12,742 bases of DNA from a bacterium (GTDB lineage: Bacteria; RBG-13-61-14; DATKZS01). A program made the translations under genes and the position numbers. This document shows positions 1-7,287 of the stretch, one piece after another (the first letter of the stretch is position 1; each line of letters begins with the position of its first letter). Where the stretch lies: the NCBI GenBank assembly GCA_046484135.1, contig JAWOBU010000253.1, positions 1 to 12,742 of the forward strand, written 5' to 3'. The notes beneath the pieces are model-generated. The model was not told the origin of the DNA and did not search any database. It worked only from the letters and a program-made list of their open reading frames with translations.

Positions 1-75
1 AACCAGTTGATCAACTCCTTTGACAAAGACAAAGAGACACCGCGTCAAAAAGAAGCGCCGGCATTTCCCGAGTGA
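1..75 (+). CDS. Possible 3' end of an upstream gene (partial; NQLINSFDKDKETPRQKEAPAFPE*)
   Basis: Frame 1 is open from the window edge to TGA at 73-75. It is followed by a long hairpin and a convergent gene. No recognisable motif. Confidence 0.3.
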   Translation, partial: NQLINSFDKDKETPRQKEAPAFPE

Positions 76-80
76 AAACG

Positions 81-168
81 AAGGGACAGGGGGAGAGGCA
101 CCTGTTTTTGTTCCGCAAGCTCATGATGCTTCGGATTTTTAACCGGTGGCTCCCCCCTGTTTTCCCTT
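81..168. repeat. Long imperfect inverted repeat (possible bidirectional terminator or REP/MITE-like element)
   Basis: AAGGG-ACAGGGGGAG (81-95) pairs with CTCCCCCCTGT-TTT-CCCTT (150-168). GGCACC pairs with GGTGGC with one mismatch. Inner stem is TCCG-C-AAGC (112-120) / GCTT-CGGA (128-135). It lies immediately after the stop of the 170..1747 gene. Confidence 0.55.
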
Positions 169-169
169 G

Positions 170-1747
170 TTATTGCGGCGGCCCGGCCCACTCGTAAACC
201 TGGCTTCTTCTGAAAACAAAATTGTACCAGAACATCCTGTCAGTCGGCGTAAAGACAACCGTCTCCCACATTTTTGTGACGACGTCAGCGGACAGGGTGT
301 CGCCTGTCTGGGTCCCGGATGGTATGGGGACGGCTCCGGTGGTTGCATCCGGTGAGAGGAGATCATCGCCTAAGTCGGCGTACCCTCCCCTGGTCCAGTT
401 CTGCATACGAAGATCAATTTCGGCAGGATCGCTGCCCGGGTCGGTGAGTTGCCAGTGCAGAGTCAGCGGGTTGTCGCTCACCGTATCACCGGAGTAGGGA
501 TGTATAGCGATGACCTGTTTGGGAAAGTCAGCGTCCTCGTACGGCGGCATGGTGAAGATGTCCTTTACCGTGTTTCCAGCAAGCACGGTGTATTCTCCCG
601 ACGGCCAGGCCGACATCAGCTCATCAATGGAGTTCACCGAACCGCCCAGTATCCAATACCAAGGGTCATACCCCGGGGACAGTCCGTAACTTTCCCCCCG
701 AGGGTTTCTTACGGAATAGGTTTGCGAAGTGTCGGAAAAAAGTATGAGGGCCTCGAAGCTCAAGCTGAAGCTCAAATTTTCCCACTGCACCGACTTCGAA
801 AACTTCGAGCCCGCGCTGTTCATGCAACGGTCAAGCCACTCTCGGGAACAGGTCCCTCCGTCTCTTATGCAGGCCTTGCCGGCAAGCAGTGAGTCCTCGA
901 TGTCCCCAAGGTTGTCGGAAACTTCGGTCTGACAACTCGAATCGCTCATGTAACCGCAGGTTGAAAGCGCGCTGCAGAACTCGTCGCGGGCGTCCCCCAC
1001 GAAAGCCGTGTAACAGTTTTCTACTTCAGTGCAATTGGTCGAGCCTTCCAGGCAATCACGGAAATCGTTCACCGACGTGAGACCCCAGGATATCCAGGCC
1101 GTCACTTTCTGTTGGCATTCCTTCAGTTCGGACGGTCCCCCGCCCAGGAAACCGCACTGGTCAACCGTGCGGCAGGCATCCAGCGGGCCGAAAGCATAAC
1201 CGTCGCAGCTCTGATCAATGCCGTCCCCCCTGATCTCCTCCGCGCCCGGGTAAATCAAGGGGTCCATGTCGTTGCAATCGTCGCCGCCGAAAAGCTGCGA
1301 GACGTATCCGTCATTGTCAAAGTCCCGCGCTTTCGCGAGAAAAGCAAGGTCCACCGCCAGAGAATAAGGCGCGGACGTTATGCGCTGCCGGGGAGTCATC
1401 TCCGGATCAGCGCCGACCGCGACCCCCATCCATACCTCGCCGTGGTTTCGGAACACCGACGCAAGGTCCGGCTCGACGCCCGCAGTCACATCGCCCGAGC
1501 CGATCAACACGTTATAAAGGCCATTGCTCACCCCAACATTGTTCTGCACCACGCTAAGGTAAACAGAGCCTCCCGACTGGGCGCCGTAAAAGCCGAAAGT
1601 CAGCTTGACGGTAACGCTGTCCAGCGGCATCCCCGCGGAGTCATGTAATCTTCCCTGATAGTTGATAAGCTGCGGAGCGGTCTGGGCAAAGGACAGGGCC
1701 GGCAGAATGACCGCCAGCACCGGCAGAAGAAAAAAGAACCTTTTCAT
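170..1747 (-). CDS. Secreted modular protein: signal peptide, 'INYQGRL...PRQRITSAPYS' N-terminal domain, MopE-like putative metal-binding motif, two Cys-rich repeats, C-terminal beta-rich domain
   Basis: 525-aa ORF with SD AAGGAG (1755-1760). Signal peptide MKRFFFLLPVLAVILPALSFA. Motif DFDNDGY...DCNDMDPLIYPGAEEIRGDGIDQSCDG matches the Cu-binding_MopE-like pattern. Confidence 0.85.
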   Translation of the reverse strand: MKRFFFLLPVLAVILPALSFAQTAPQLINYQGRLHDSAGMPLDSVTVKLTFGFYGAQSGGSVYLSVVQNNVGVSNGLYNVLIGSGDVTAGVEPDLASVFRNHGEVWMGVAVGADPEMTPRQRITSAPYSLAVDLAFLAKARDFDNDGYVSQLFGGDDCNDMDPLIYPGAEEIRGDGIDQSCDGYAFGPLDACRTVDQCGFLGGGPSELKECQQKVTAWISWGLTSVNDFRDCLEGSTNCTEVENCYTAFVGDARDEFCSALSTCGYMSDSSCQTEVSDNLGDIEDSLLAGKACIRDGGTCSREWLDRCMNSAGSKFSKSVQWENLSFSLSFEALILFSDTSQTYSVRNPRGESYGLSPGYDPWYWILGGSVNSIDELMSAWPSGEYTVLAGNTVKDIFTMPPYEDADFPKQVIAIHPYSGDTVSDNPLTLHWQLTDPGSDPAEIDLRMQNWTRGGYADLGDDLLSPDATTGAVPIPSGTQTGDTLSADVVTKMWETVVFTPTDRMFWYNFVFRRSQVYEWAGPPQ

Positions 1748-1815
1748 TATTAAGCTCCTTGTGTTTCGTAAACACCGGCCTTGCGGCCACTTCTCAATAC
1801 CAATTTGTAAGAATG

Positions 1816-1844
1816 AGAGTACTGTATTACACCCCCCCTGTCAA
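1816..1844 (-). promoter_or_regulatory. Sigma70-type promoter for the secreted protein gene
   Basis: On the minus strand: TTGACA (1844-1839), a 17-nt spacer GGGGGGGTGTAATACAG, then TACTCT (1821-1816). About 70 nt upstream of the ATG. Confidence 0.65.
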
Positions 1845-1859
1845 CTCGCGTAAAACACT

Positions 1860-1888
1860 TTGGAGCAGCTCAGGCGCCGTGATAGAAT
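1860..1888 (+). promoter_or_regulatory. Sigma70-type promoter with extended -10 for the flavoprotein gene
   Basis: TTGGAG (1860-1865), 17 nt, then TAGAAT (1883-1888) preceded by TGn. Confidence 0.5.
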
Positions 1889-1940
1889 CATCAATGAGAC
1901 TGTTATGGCGCGTATCTACAGGAGTGGAGTTTAAGCGGAT

Positions 1941-3332
1941 ATGTCTGTATCGCAAAATGACGCTGATGTAATCATAGCCGGTGCCGGCCCCGGAGGACTG
2001 ATGGCGGCGCTGGCCCTTTCGCGGAATGGTCGGCGGGTCATGGTCCTGGACCGGCGCTCGCGCGACAGCGTCGGCCGAAACCTGCGGGTGTCGCTGGAGG
2101 AGTCCGTGTTCGCCGAGGTCGGGCTGGACCCTCCGGAGCCGCCGGAGAAGATATCCGCGCCTCGGAGTCGCGAGTTCATCTCTCCTGATAATGAAACCAC
2201 CCTGAAGCTGGAGCGGGCCTCCCTGGTTTCGGTGAACCTTCGGCTGCTGCTCTCCCGCATTCTGAACGAGGCTGAGGACAGAGGAGTGGAGTTCCTGTTC
2301 GAGAGCACGGTTACCGGTCCTCTCCTGAGCGACGGCCGCGTGCAAGGGGTGGTGGGCTCTTCCGCGGACGGAAGGCTTCTGGAGCTTGCCGCGCCCCTTT
2401 GCGCGGACGCCAGCGGCGTTGCCGCGGTTCTCCGGCACGGGCTTGATAAAGACATGGGCGTCCAGGTGGAGATAGACCCGGCCGACGTTATCAATGCCTG
2501 GCAGGAGTCCCGGGAGATAGACCGGGACGCGGTCATGGACCTGATCTCCAAGGGGCGTCTCCGGCCGCAGACCAACGTGTGCCGGGCGGGGTTTACCGCC
2601 ACCTTCTCCCTGTTCTCCATATTCGTGGACCTCGAGGACGACCGGGTGGACGTGAACGTGGCCCTGCCGCACAGCTCTCAGTACAAGACCGCTCGCCAGC
2701 TTGCCGCGGAGTACGTCGAGTCCCATTCCTGGATCGGCGAGCTGATCAGCGCCGGCGGGGGTGTCATCCCGGTCCGAAGGCCTCTGCCTTCCATGGTAAC
2801 CAGCGGCATGGCCTGCGTGGGAGACGCCGCCTGCCAGACCTCCCCTTTGCACGCCTCCGGGGTGGGAAACGCCCTGGCGGCGGGCGCCCTGTTCGCCCGG
2901 GTGGCGGACCAGGCGCTCCTCAGGGAGGACACCTCCAGAAGCTCGCTGTGGGCCTATAACGCCGAGTACATGAAAGAGCGGGGAATGGTGCAGGCCAACG
3001 CCGACCTGCTCCGACATTTTATTATGGCCCTGGACCGGGACGAGCTCTCCTCCCTGTTCAACTCGGCCCTCTTGAACGAAGAAGGCATCCGGGGATCGCT
3101 GGAGGGACTGGCGCTGTCCCTGCCCTGGAGCTCGATCATCTCCTCCCTGCCCCGGCTGGTTGTAAGACCCCGCCTGGCAGCAAGGCTTTTTCTGCTGGGA
3201 AGGGACTTAAACAAGATGCTGGACTTATACGCCGACTACCCGGACCTGGACGACCTCGAGTCATTGCAGAGGTGGGAGGCCGCCGTGGAAAAGATTCTTG
3301 CCGGATGGAACAAAAAACGGCCGCGCCTCTAA
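1941..3332 (+). CDS. NAD(P)/FAD-dependent oxidoreductase, geranylgeranyl reductase/FixC-like family
   Basis: 463 aa. N-terminal Rossmann motif DVIIAGAGPGG, ADASG, GGVIPVRRPL, and the second FAD motif VGDAACQTSPLHASGVGNALAAG. Confidence 0.85.
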   Translation: MSVSQNDADVIIAGAGPGGLMAALALSRNGRRVMVLDRRSRDSVGRNLRVSLEESVFAEVGLDPPEPPEKISAPRSREFISPDNETTLKLERASLVSVNLRLLLSRILNEAEDRGVEFLFESTVTGPLLSDGRVQGVVGSSADGRLLELAAPLCADASGVAAVLRHGLDKDMGVQVEIDPADVINAWQESREIDRDAVMDLISKGRLRPQTNVCRAGFTATFSLFSIFVDLEDDRVDVNVALPHSSQYKTARQLAAEYVESHSWIGELISAGGGVIPVRRPLPSMVTSGMACVGDAACQTSPLHASGVGNALAAGALFARVADQALLREDTSRSSLWAYNAEYMKERGMVQANADLLRHFIMALDRDELSSLFNSALLNEEGIRGSLEGLALSLPWSSIISSLPRLVVRPRLAARLFLLGRDLNKMLDLYADYPDLDDLESLQRWEAAVEKILAGWNKKRPRL

Positions 3333-3395
3333 TTGGGAAACCCGGTGTTTAAACAGGGCCTGATGCGAAACGGCGGGTGATACTGACTTATCATT

Positions 3396-3442
3396 GCCGG
3401 GAATGGGTCCCGAAGGTTCTTCCGCCAAACCTCCGGCTTTTT
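3396..3442 (+). terminator. Possible intrinsic terminator between convergent genes
   Basis: GCCGG (3396-3400) / CCGGC (3433-3437) with inner AGGTT/AACCT, followed by TTTTT. The stem is irregular. Confidence 0.3.
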
Positions 3443-3485
3443 GCAAACAGCTTGAAGCGAGGGAAATAAAAAAGGGGACGGGGCA

Positions 3486-4184
3486 CTACGCGTTATTTTC
3501 CACGTAATTTTTTATCCGGGTCGAGTCCTCCGGTGAGATAATGGTGAACTTGACTCCCAGCCCGGCGCGGCTTCCTCCGGCCTGGTCCGCGGTGACTGTG
3601 CGGACCACCTTGCCGGAGGCGGTCACCGGTTTTTCGGCATCGGGAAGCGTAAACTCCAGCTCGAGGTCGGTGCCTGCCGGAATCATGGTCTCGGTTTCCA
3701 CGAAGATGCCCCCTTCTGACACGTCCTGGGTGAAGTTCTCGGAGGTGAAGGACTCGCCGGTGGTGGTGGCTGTAACCTTGAGCTCTGCGCGCGGGTGGTC
3801 CCTTCTCTCCACCCGGACGAACTTCTTGATCTTGTCGAAGAGGTCCCGCTGGGTAACCGGCTTGGTTACGTAATCATCACAGCCCGCCTGAAAGCACCGG
3901 TCCCGATACTCGGGCTCGGACTTGGTGGACACCATGATGACGGGGATGTCCTTTAGCGACTTGTTGGTCTTTACGAACCTGCAGACCGCGTCCCCGTTCA
4001 TGTCCGGCATGAGCATGTCCAGGAACACCAGGGAGGGCTTTTCCATCTGGATTTTCTTGATGGCCTCGCCTCCGGTCTTGGCCATGATAATGTCATAGCC
4101 GGAACGTTCGAGGAGCATCTTCTCCAGTCGCAGGAAGGTCTCCATGTCGTCTGCTATAAGTATCTTGTCTTTTTTATCAGCCAT
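3486..4184 (-). CDS. Response regulator: N-terminal receiver domain plus C-terminal PilZ domain (TIGR02266-like)
   Basis: REC motifs KILIADD, FLDMLMPDMNG (phosphoacceptor Asp), VIMVST and DDYVTKP. PilZ motifs ERRDHPR (RxxxR) and DVSEGG (D/NxSxGG), plus GLGVKF. Confidence 0.92.
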   Translation of the reverse strand: MADKKDKILIADDMETFLRLEKMLLERSGYDIIMAKTGGEAIKKIQMEKPSLVFLDMLMPDMNGDAVCRFVKTNKSLKDIPVIMVSTKSEPEYRDRCFQAGCDDYVTKPVTQRDLFDKIKKFVRVERRDHPRAELKVTATTTGESFTSENFTQDVSEGGIFVETETMIPAGTDLELEFTLPDAEKPVTASGKVVRTVTADQAGGSRAGLGVKFTIISPEDSTRIKNYVENNA

Positions 4185-4252
4185 GTTTATGCTTCCTCTG
4201 CCCTACTGCCTGATTTATATAACAAGAAAACAAAAATGTCCAGAGCAGATTT

Positions 4253-4278
4253 AAAATAATGGAGACGGCCGCCCTCCA
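4253..4278 (-). terminator. Probable rho-independent terminator after smpB
   Basis: Minus strand TGGAG(G)GC-GGCC-GTCTCCA followed by TTATTTT, directly after the smpB stop. Confidence 0.5.
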
Positions 4279-4279
4279 A

Positions 4280-4774
4280 TCAGGGACGGTGCTTGCGGAT
4301 TTCCCGCTCCATCTCGCGCTCCTGGTCCTTTCTCTTGATCTCCTCCCGCCGGTCGTGCCGCTTCTTGCCGCGGGCCAGGACGATCTCCAGCTTGGCCTTG
4401 CCCTCCAGGAAGTAAAGGCGGGAGGGAACAATGGTAAGCCCCCGCTCCTGCACCTTGGACTGGAGCCGGACCAGTTGCCGCTTGTGGAGAAGGAGCTTGC
4501 GGGGCCTCTCCGGCTCGTGGTTTATATGGGTGCCGTGCGAATAAGGCGAGATGTGCATGCCCACGATGTAAAGCTCGTGCCCCTTGAAACGGCAATAGCT
4601 GTCCTTTAAGTTCACCCGGCCGTCCCGGATGGACTTGACCTCCGAGCCCATGAGCGCCATGCCGGCCTCGAAAGTCTCCAGGACCTCCCACTTCAGGTGA
4701 AGGTCCTTGGCCCGGGCCATGACCCGCTCCGAGCTCGCCGGACCCGGCTTCTTCTTTTTCTTCGGCTTTTTCAT
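4280..4774 (-). CDS. smpB: SsrA-binding protein SmpB
   Basis: Hallmark motifs FEAGMALMGSEVKSIR, HISPY, NHEPERPRKLLLHK, GLTIVP and LARGKKRHDRRE. Confidence 0.97.
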   Translation of the reverse strand: MKKPKKKKKPGPASSERVMARAKDLHLKWEVLETFEAGMALMGSEVKSIRDGRVNLKDSYCRFKGHELYIVGMHISPYSHGTHINHEPERPRKLLLHKRQLVRLQSKVQERGLTIVPSRLYFLEGKAKLEIVLARGKKRHDRREEIKRKDQEREMEREIRKHRP

Positions 4775-4792
4775 CTTCCCTGTTGCCGCGCT

Positions 4793-5227
4793 TCACTCCA
4801 GCACTGCCAGAATCTCCGCCCGCTGCCGGCAGCTTCTCTTTCGCTTTTTGATCCATGCCCCGGCCGCGAAAAGCGCGATCACCAGCCCCGCGCCCGCCCC
4901 TGCCATGGCCAGGTTGTGGCCGCTCGATATGACCGGCCCGGCAAACCTTCCTCCCAGCGACCGGAGAAGGGAGGAGAAAAACTCGATCCGGGCCACGCCC
5001 GCGCCTGCCAGCGCACCCCCGATAGCTCCTCCCAGTGGCAGGAAGTACACCAGCCCCATCACCACCTCGTCCGCGGCGTCCGGCATAAAAAGCTTTACCC
5101 GCGAGCCTTCGCCGGCGCCAACAGGATTGGCGGCCAAAAGCTCAATCTCCCCGCCGCTGTCCTCGTCAGGAACGGACACCCGCGCCCGGTCCCCTTCCAG
5201 GCCCGACACCACACCGGAAATCTCCAT
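4793..5227 (-). CDS. RseC/MucC (SoxR-reducing system)-like membrane protein lacking the Cys motif
   Basis: N-terminal GVVSGLEGDRARV, then ANPVGAGEGSRVKL and LVYFLPL, followed by two hydrophobic helices. This matches the RseC_MucC layout. Confidence 0.65.
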   Translation of the reverse strand: MEISGVVSGLEGDRARVSVPDEDSGGEIELLAANPVGAGEGSRVKLFMPDAADEVVMGLVYFLPLGGAIGGALAGAGVARIEFFSSLLRSLGGRFAGPVISSGHNLAMAGAGAGLVIALFAAGAWIKKRKRSCRQRAEILAVLE

Positions 5228-5353
5228 CTTGCCTCAAGCTCCGCCAAGAAAGTTTACTCGACCAGGATAACATAACGGAAGGGAACTTGTCTTTTAAAGG
5301 ATGATTCAGGTATGAAGAAACTTTATTAAGACTGTGCGAGAGAAAGCGCAGGC

Positions 5354-6604
5354 TCAGCGCACGAACTCTCCCAGGCCCAGCACCCATCTTCTTATGATCT
5401 CGAGGGCCGCCTGCGCAGTGAGCTCCCGGCAGAAGGACCGGCCCCTGCCGCCGAACATGAAGCTTCCGTCCCACACCTCGTCCCTGTCAGCCAGCGCCAT
5501 GTGCACCGTGCCCACCGGCTTTTCCGAGGTGCCGCCGCTCGGCCCGGCTATACCGGTTATGGAGAGCGCCAGATCGGCCCTCGAACTTTCCAGCGCCCCC
5601 CTGGCCATGGCCCGGGCGGTCTGTGCGCTTACTGCGCCGTGCTCCTCCAGGGTCTCTGGCGCGACCCCTAAAAGCTCGATCTTGGCCTGGTTCGAGTAAG
5701 TCACAAATCCGCGGTCAACCACTGCCGAGCTCCCGGCAACGTCGGTGAGACGCTTACACACGAGCCCTCCGGTGCAGCTCTCCGCCAGGGCGACCATCAT
5801 GTTATGCTCGGCAAGCAGGGACACCACCACCTCTTCCAAAGAAGTGCCGTCCTCCGAGTAGATGACCTCCCCCAGGCGGGACCGGATTTCCCGGCACACC
5901 CCCTCCAGGTTCTGCCACGCCAGGCTCTCGCTCTCCCCTCCGGCTATGACCTTGAGCTGAATCTCCGGAAAGACCGCCCGGTAGGAAAGCTTGACCCCCT
6001 CGGGCAAAGAAACGCTCTGTAGCTCCTGGTCCAGGCCGGACTCGGTCATTCCAAAGGTCCGAAAAAGGAGATAGCGATATACCCGGTCCGCAGAGCCCTC
6101 GAGCCGCGGCAGCACCGAGCTCTCGAACATGAGCCGGCACTCGCGGGGAACGCCCGGCAGAAAGTAAAAGGCGGTGGTGTCCATTACCATGACAAAACCG
6201 GGCGCCGTGCCGGCCGGGTTCTCGATAAGCTCGGAGCCCGCCGGGATCATGGCCTGCTTCCGGTTGTTGTCGGTCATCTGTCTGCCGATGGACTCGAAAA
6301 GCCGCCGGATATGGGAGAGGGCGGAAGCGTCTTCTTGTAGTTCCACTCCGGCCAGGCTACAGGCGGCCTCCCGGGTGAGGTCATCCTCTGTCGGGCCCAG
6401 ACCGCCCGTAACAATAACGTGCTCAGCCCGGTCCGCAGACAGCCGTAGCGCGTCCACAATAGACTCCAGGTCGTCCCCCACCGTCAGGTGAAGCGCCGTC
6501 TCTATGCCCGCGGCCAGAAGTCCGTCCGAGAGCCAGGCCGAGTTCTCGTCCGTAACCGACCCGGTGATGAGCTCGTCGCCTATGGAAACCAGGGCTGATT
6601 TCAT
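5354..6604 (-). CDS. cinA: Competence/damage-inducible protein CinA (molybdopterin-binding-like domain + PncC NMN deamidase domain)
   Basis: Motifs SIGDELITG, VGDD, TGGLGPTEDDLTRE, NPAGTAPG, LPGVPRE, AESCTGG, VTYSNQAK, HGAVS and ITGIAGPSGGTSEKPVGTV. Confidence 0.95.
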   Translation of the reverse strand: MKSALVSIGDELITGSVTDENSAWLSDGLLAAGIETALHLTVGDDLESIVDALRLSADRAEHVIVTGGLGPTEDDLTREAACSLAGVELQEDASALSHIRRLFESIGRQMTDNNRKQAMIPAGSELIENPAGTAPGFVMVMDTTAFYFLPGVPRECRLMFESSVLPRLEGSADRVYRYLLFRTFGMTESGLDQELQSVSLPEGVKLSYRAVFPEIQLKVIAGGESESLAWQNLEGVCREIRSRLGEVIYSEDGTSLEEVVVSLLAEHNMMVALAESCTGGLVCKRLTDVAGSSAVVDRGFVTYSNQAKIELLGVAPETLEEHGAVSAQTARAMARGALESSRADLALSITGIAGPSGGTSEKPVGTVHMALADRDEVWDGSFMFGGRGRSFCRELTAQAALEIIRRWVLGLGEFVR

Positions 6605-6608
6605 TGAT

Positions 6609-7091
6609 TCACCCCGAGAAATACCTGAAGACCTGAATCACCACGTTGGCGTAGACTCCGGCCATAACGTCGTCCATGACGATGCCGAAGCCGTTTTTGA
6701 TCTTCCTGTCAAAATAACGGGCCGGCCAGGGTTTTATGATGTCGAAAAGCCGGAACAGTAAAAACGCGGCCACAACGTAGCCGGCGGTGGGAGGCAGCAG
6801 AAACATGGCGGCCAAAAAGCCCACGGCTTCGTCTATTACGACCTCGGAAGGGTCGTCCCTGCCCACGGCCCGGAAGTACGAATGGGCCACCCCGCAGGAG
6901 ACGATGAAAAGGAATATCCACAGCAGCTCGTAAAGATAAGGGTTCAGTTGACAGATGAAAAGGTAGATTATGACCGCGCCCGCGGAGCCGGCCGTTCCCG
7001 GAGCTATAGGCGCGTAACCCAGGCAGAGCATGGTGGCTGCCAGGCTGACCAGCTTATGAGGACCCTCGACCCCCCGCGTATGTGACTTCAA
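6609..7091 (-). CDS. pgpA: Phosphatidylglycerophosphatase A
   Basis: Motifs GYAPIAPGTAGS, DPSEVVIDEAVG, FLLFRLFDIIKPWP and GFGIVMDDVMAG. TTG start with GGGAG SD. Ends 4 nt before cinA. Confidence 0.95.
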   Translation of the reverse strand: MKSHTRGVEGPHKLVSLAATMLCLGYAPIAPGTAGSAGAVIIYLFICQLNPYLYELLWIFLFIVSCGVAHSYFRAVGRDDPSEVVIDEAVGFLAAMFLLPPTAGYVVAAFLLFRLFDIIKPWPARYFDRKIKNGFGIVMDDVMAGVYANVVIQVFRYFSG

Positions 7092-7151
7092 CTTTGCTCC
7101 CTGGCCCCCTGCATAAAGCTCCGGGGTCTTTCTTATAATGTAATATTTACT

Positions 7152-7180
7152 AATTTAATCCCGGAAATCCTCCCGGTCAA
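7152..7180 (-). promoter_or_regulatory. Sigma70-type promoter for pgpA-cinA
   Basis: On the minus strand: TTGACC (7180-7175), 17 nt, then TAAATT (7157-7152), in an AT-rich intergenic region. Confidence 0.55.
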
Positions 7181-7287
7181 GGGGAAAATGCAGTCTTTGA
7201 AAAGTTTTTTGGTTTTTTCTCTGCGGACGGGTGCATTTGGGAGCGGTTGTCAATCCAAGGGGGATAATTTCAGGGGAAAAAGCCTCG

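Noticed and set aside
5..16. Perfect 12-bp palindrome AGTTGATCAACT
   Set aside because: It is at the window edge, probably within coding sequence, and a single 12-mer palindrome is expected by chance in a window of this size.
1827..3017. 396-aa and 229-aa minus-strand ORFs opposite the flavoprotein
   Set aside because: These are antisense shadows typical of GC-rich coding DNA, with no motifs.
4251..5275. Alternative-frame and antisense ORFs over smpB and the RseC-like gene (4251..4856, 4697..5275, 4707..5270)
   Set aside because: They fully overlap better-supported genes and give low-complexity, motif-free translations.
4185..5353. tmRNA (ssrA) near smpB
   Set aside because: The flanking intergenic gaps are far too short, and I saw no tRNA-like GGGG...TTCGA...CCACCA ends.
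7092..7287. LexA/SOS box upstream of pgpA-cinA
   Set aside because: Only a short dyad, GTAA-TAT-TTAC (7140-7150), is present, with no match to a LexA consensus I can support.
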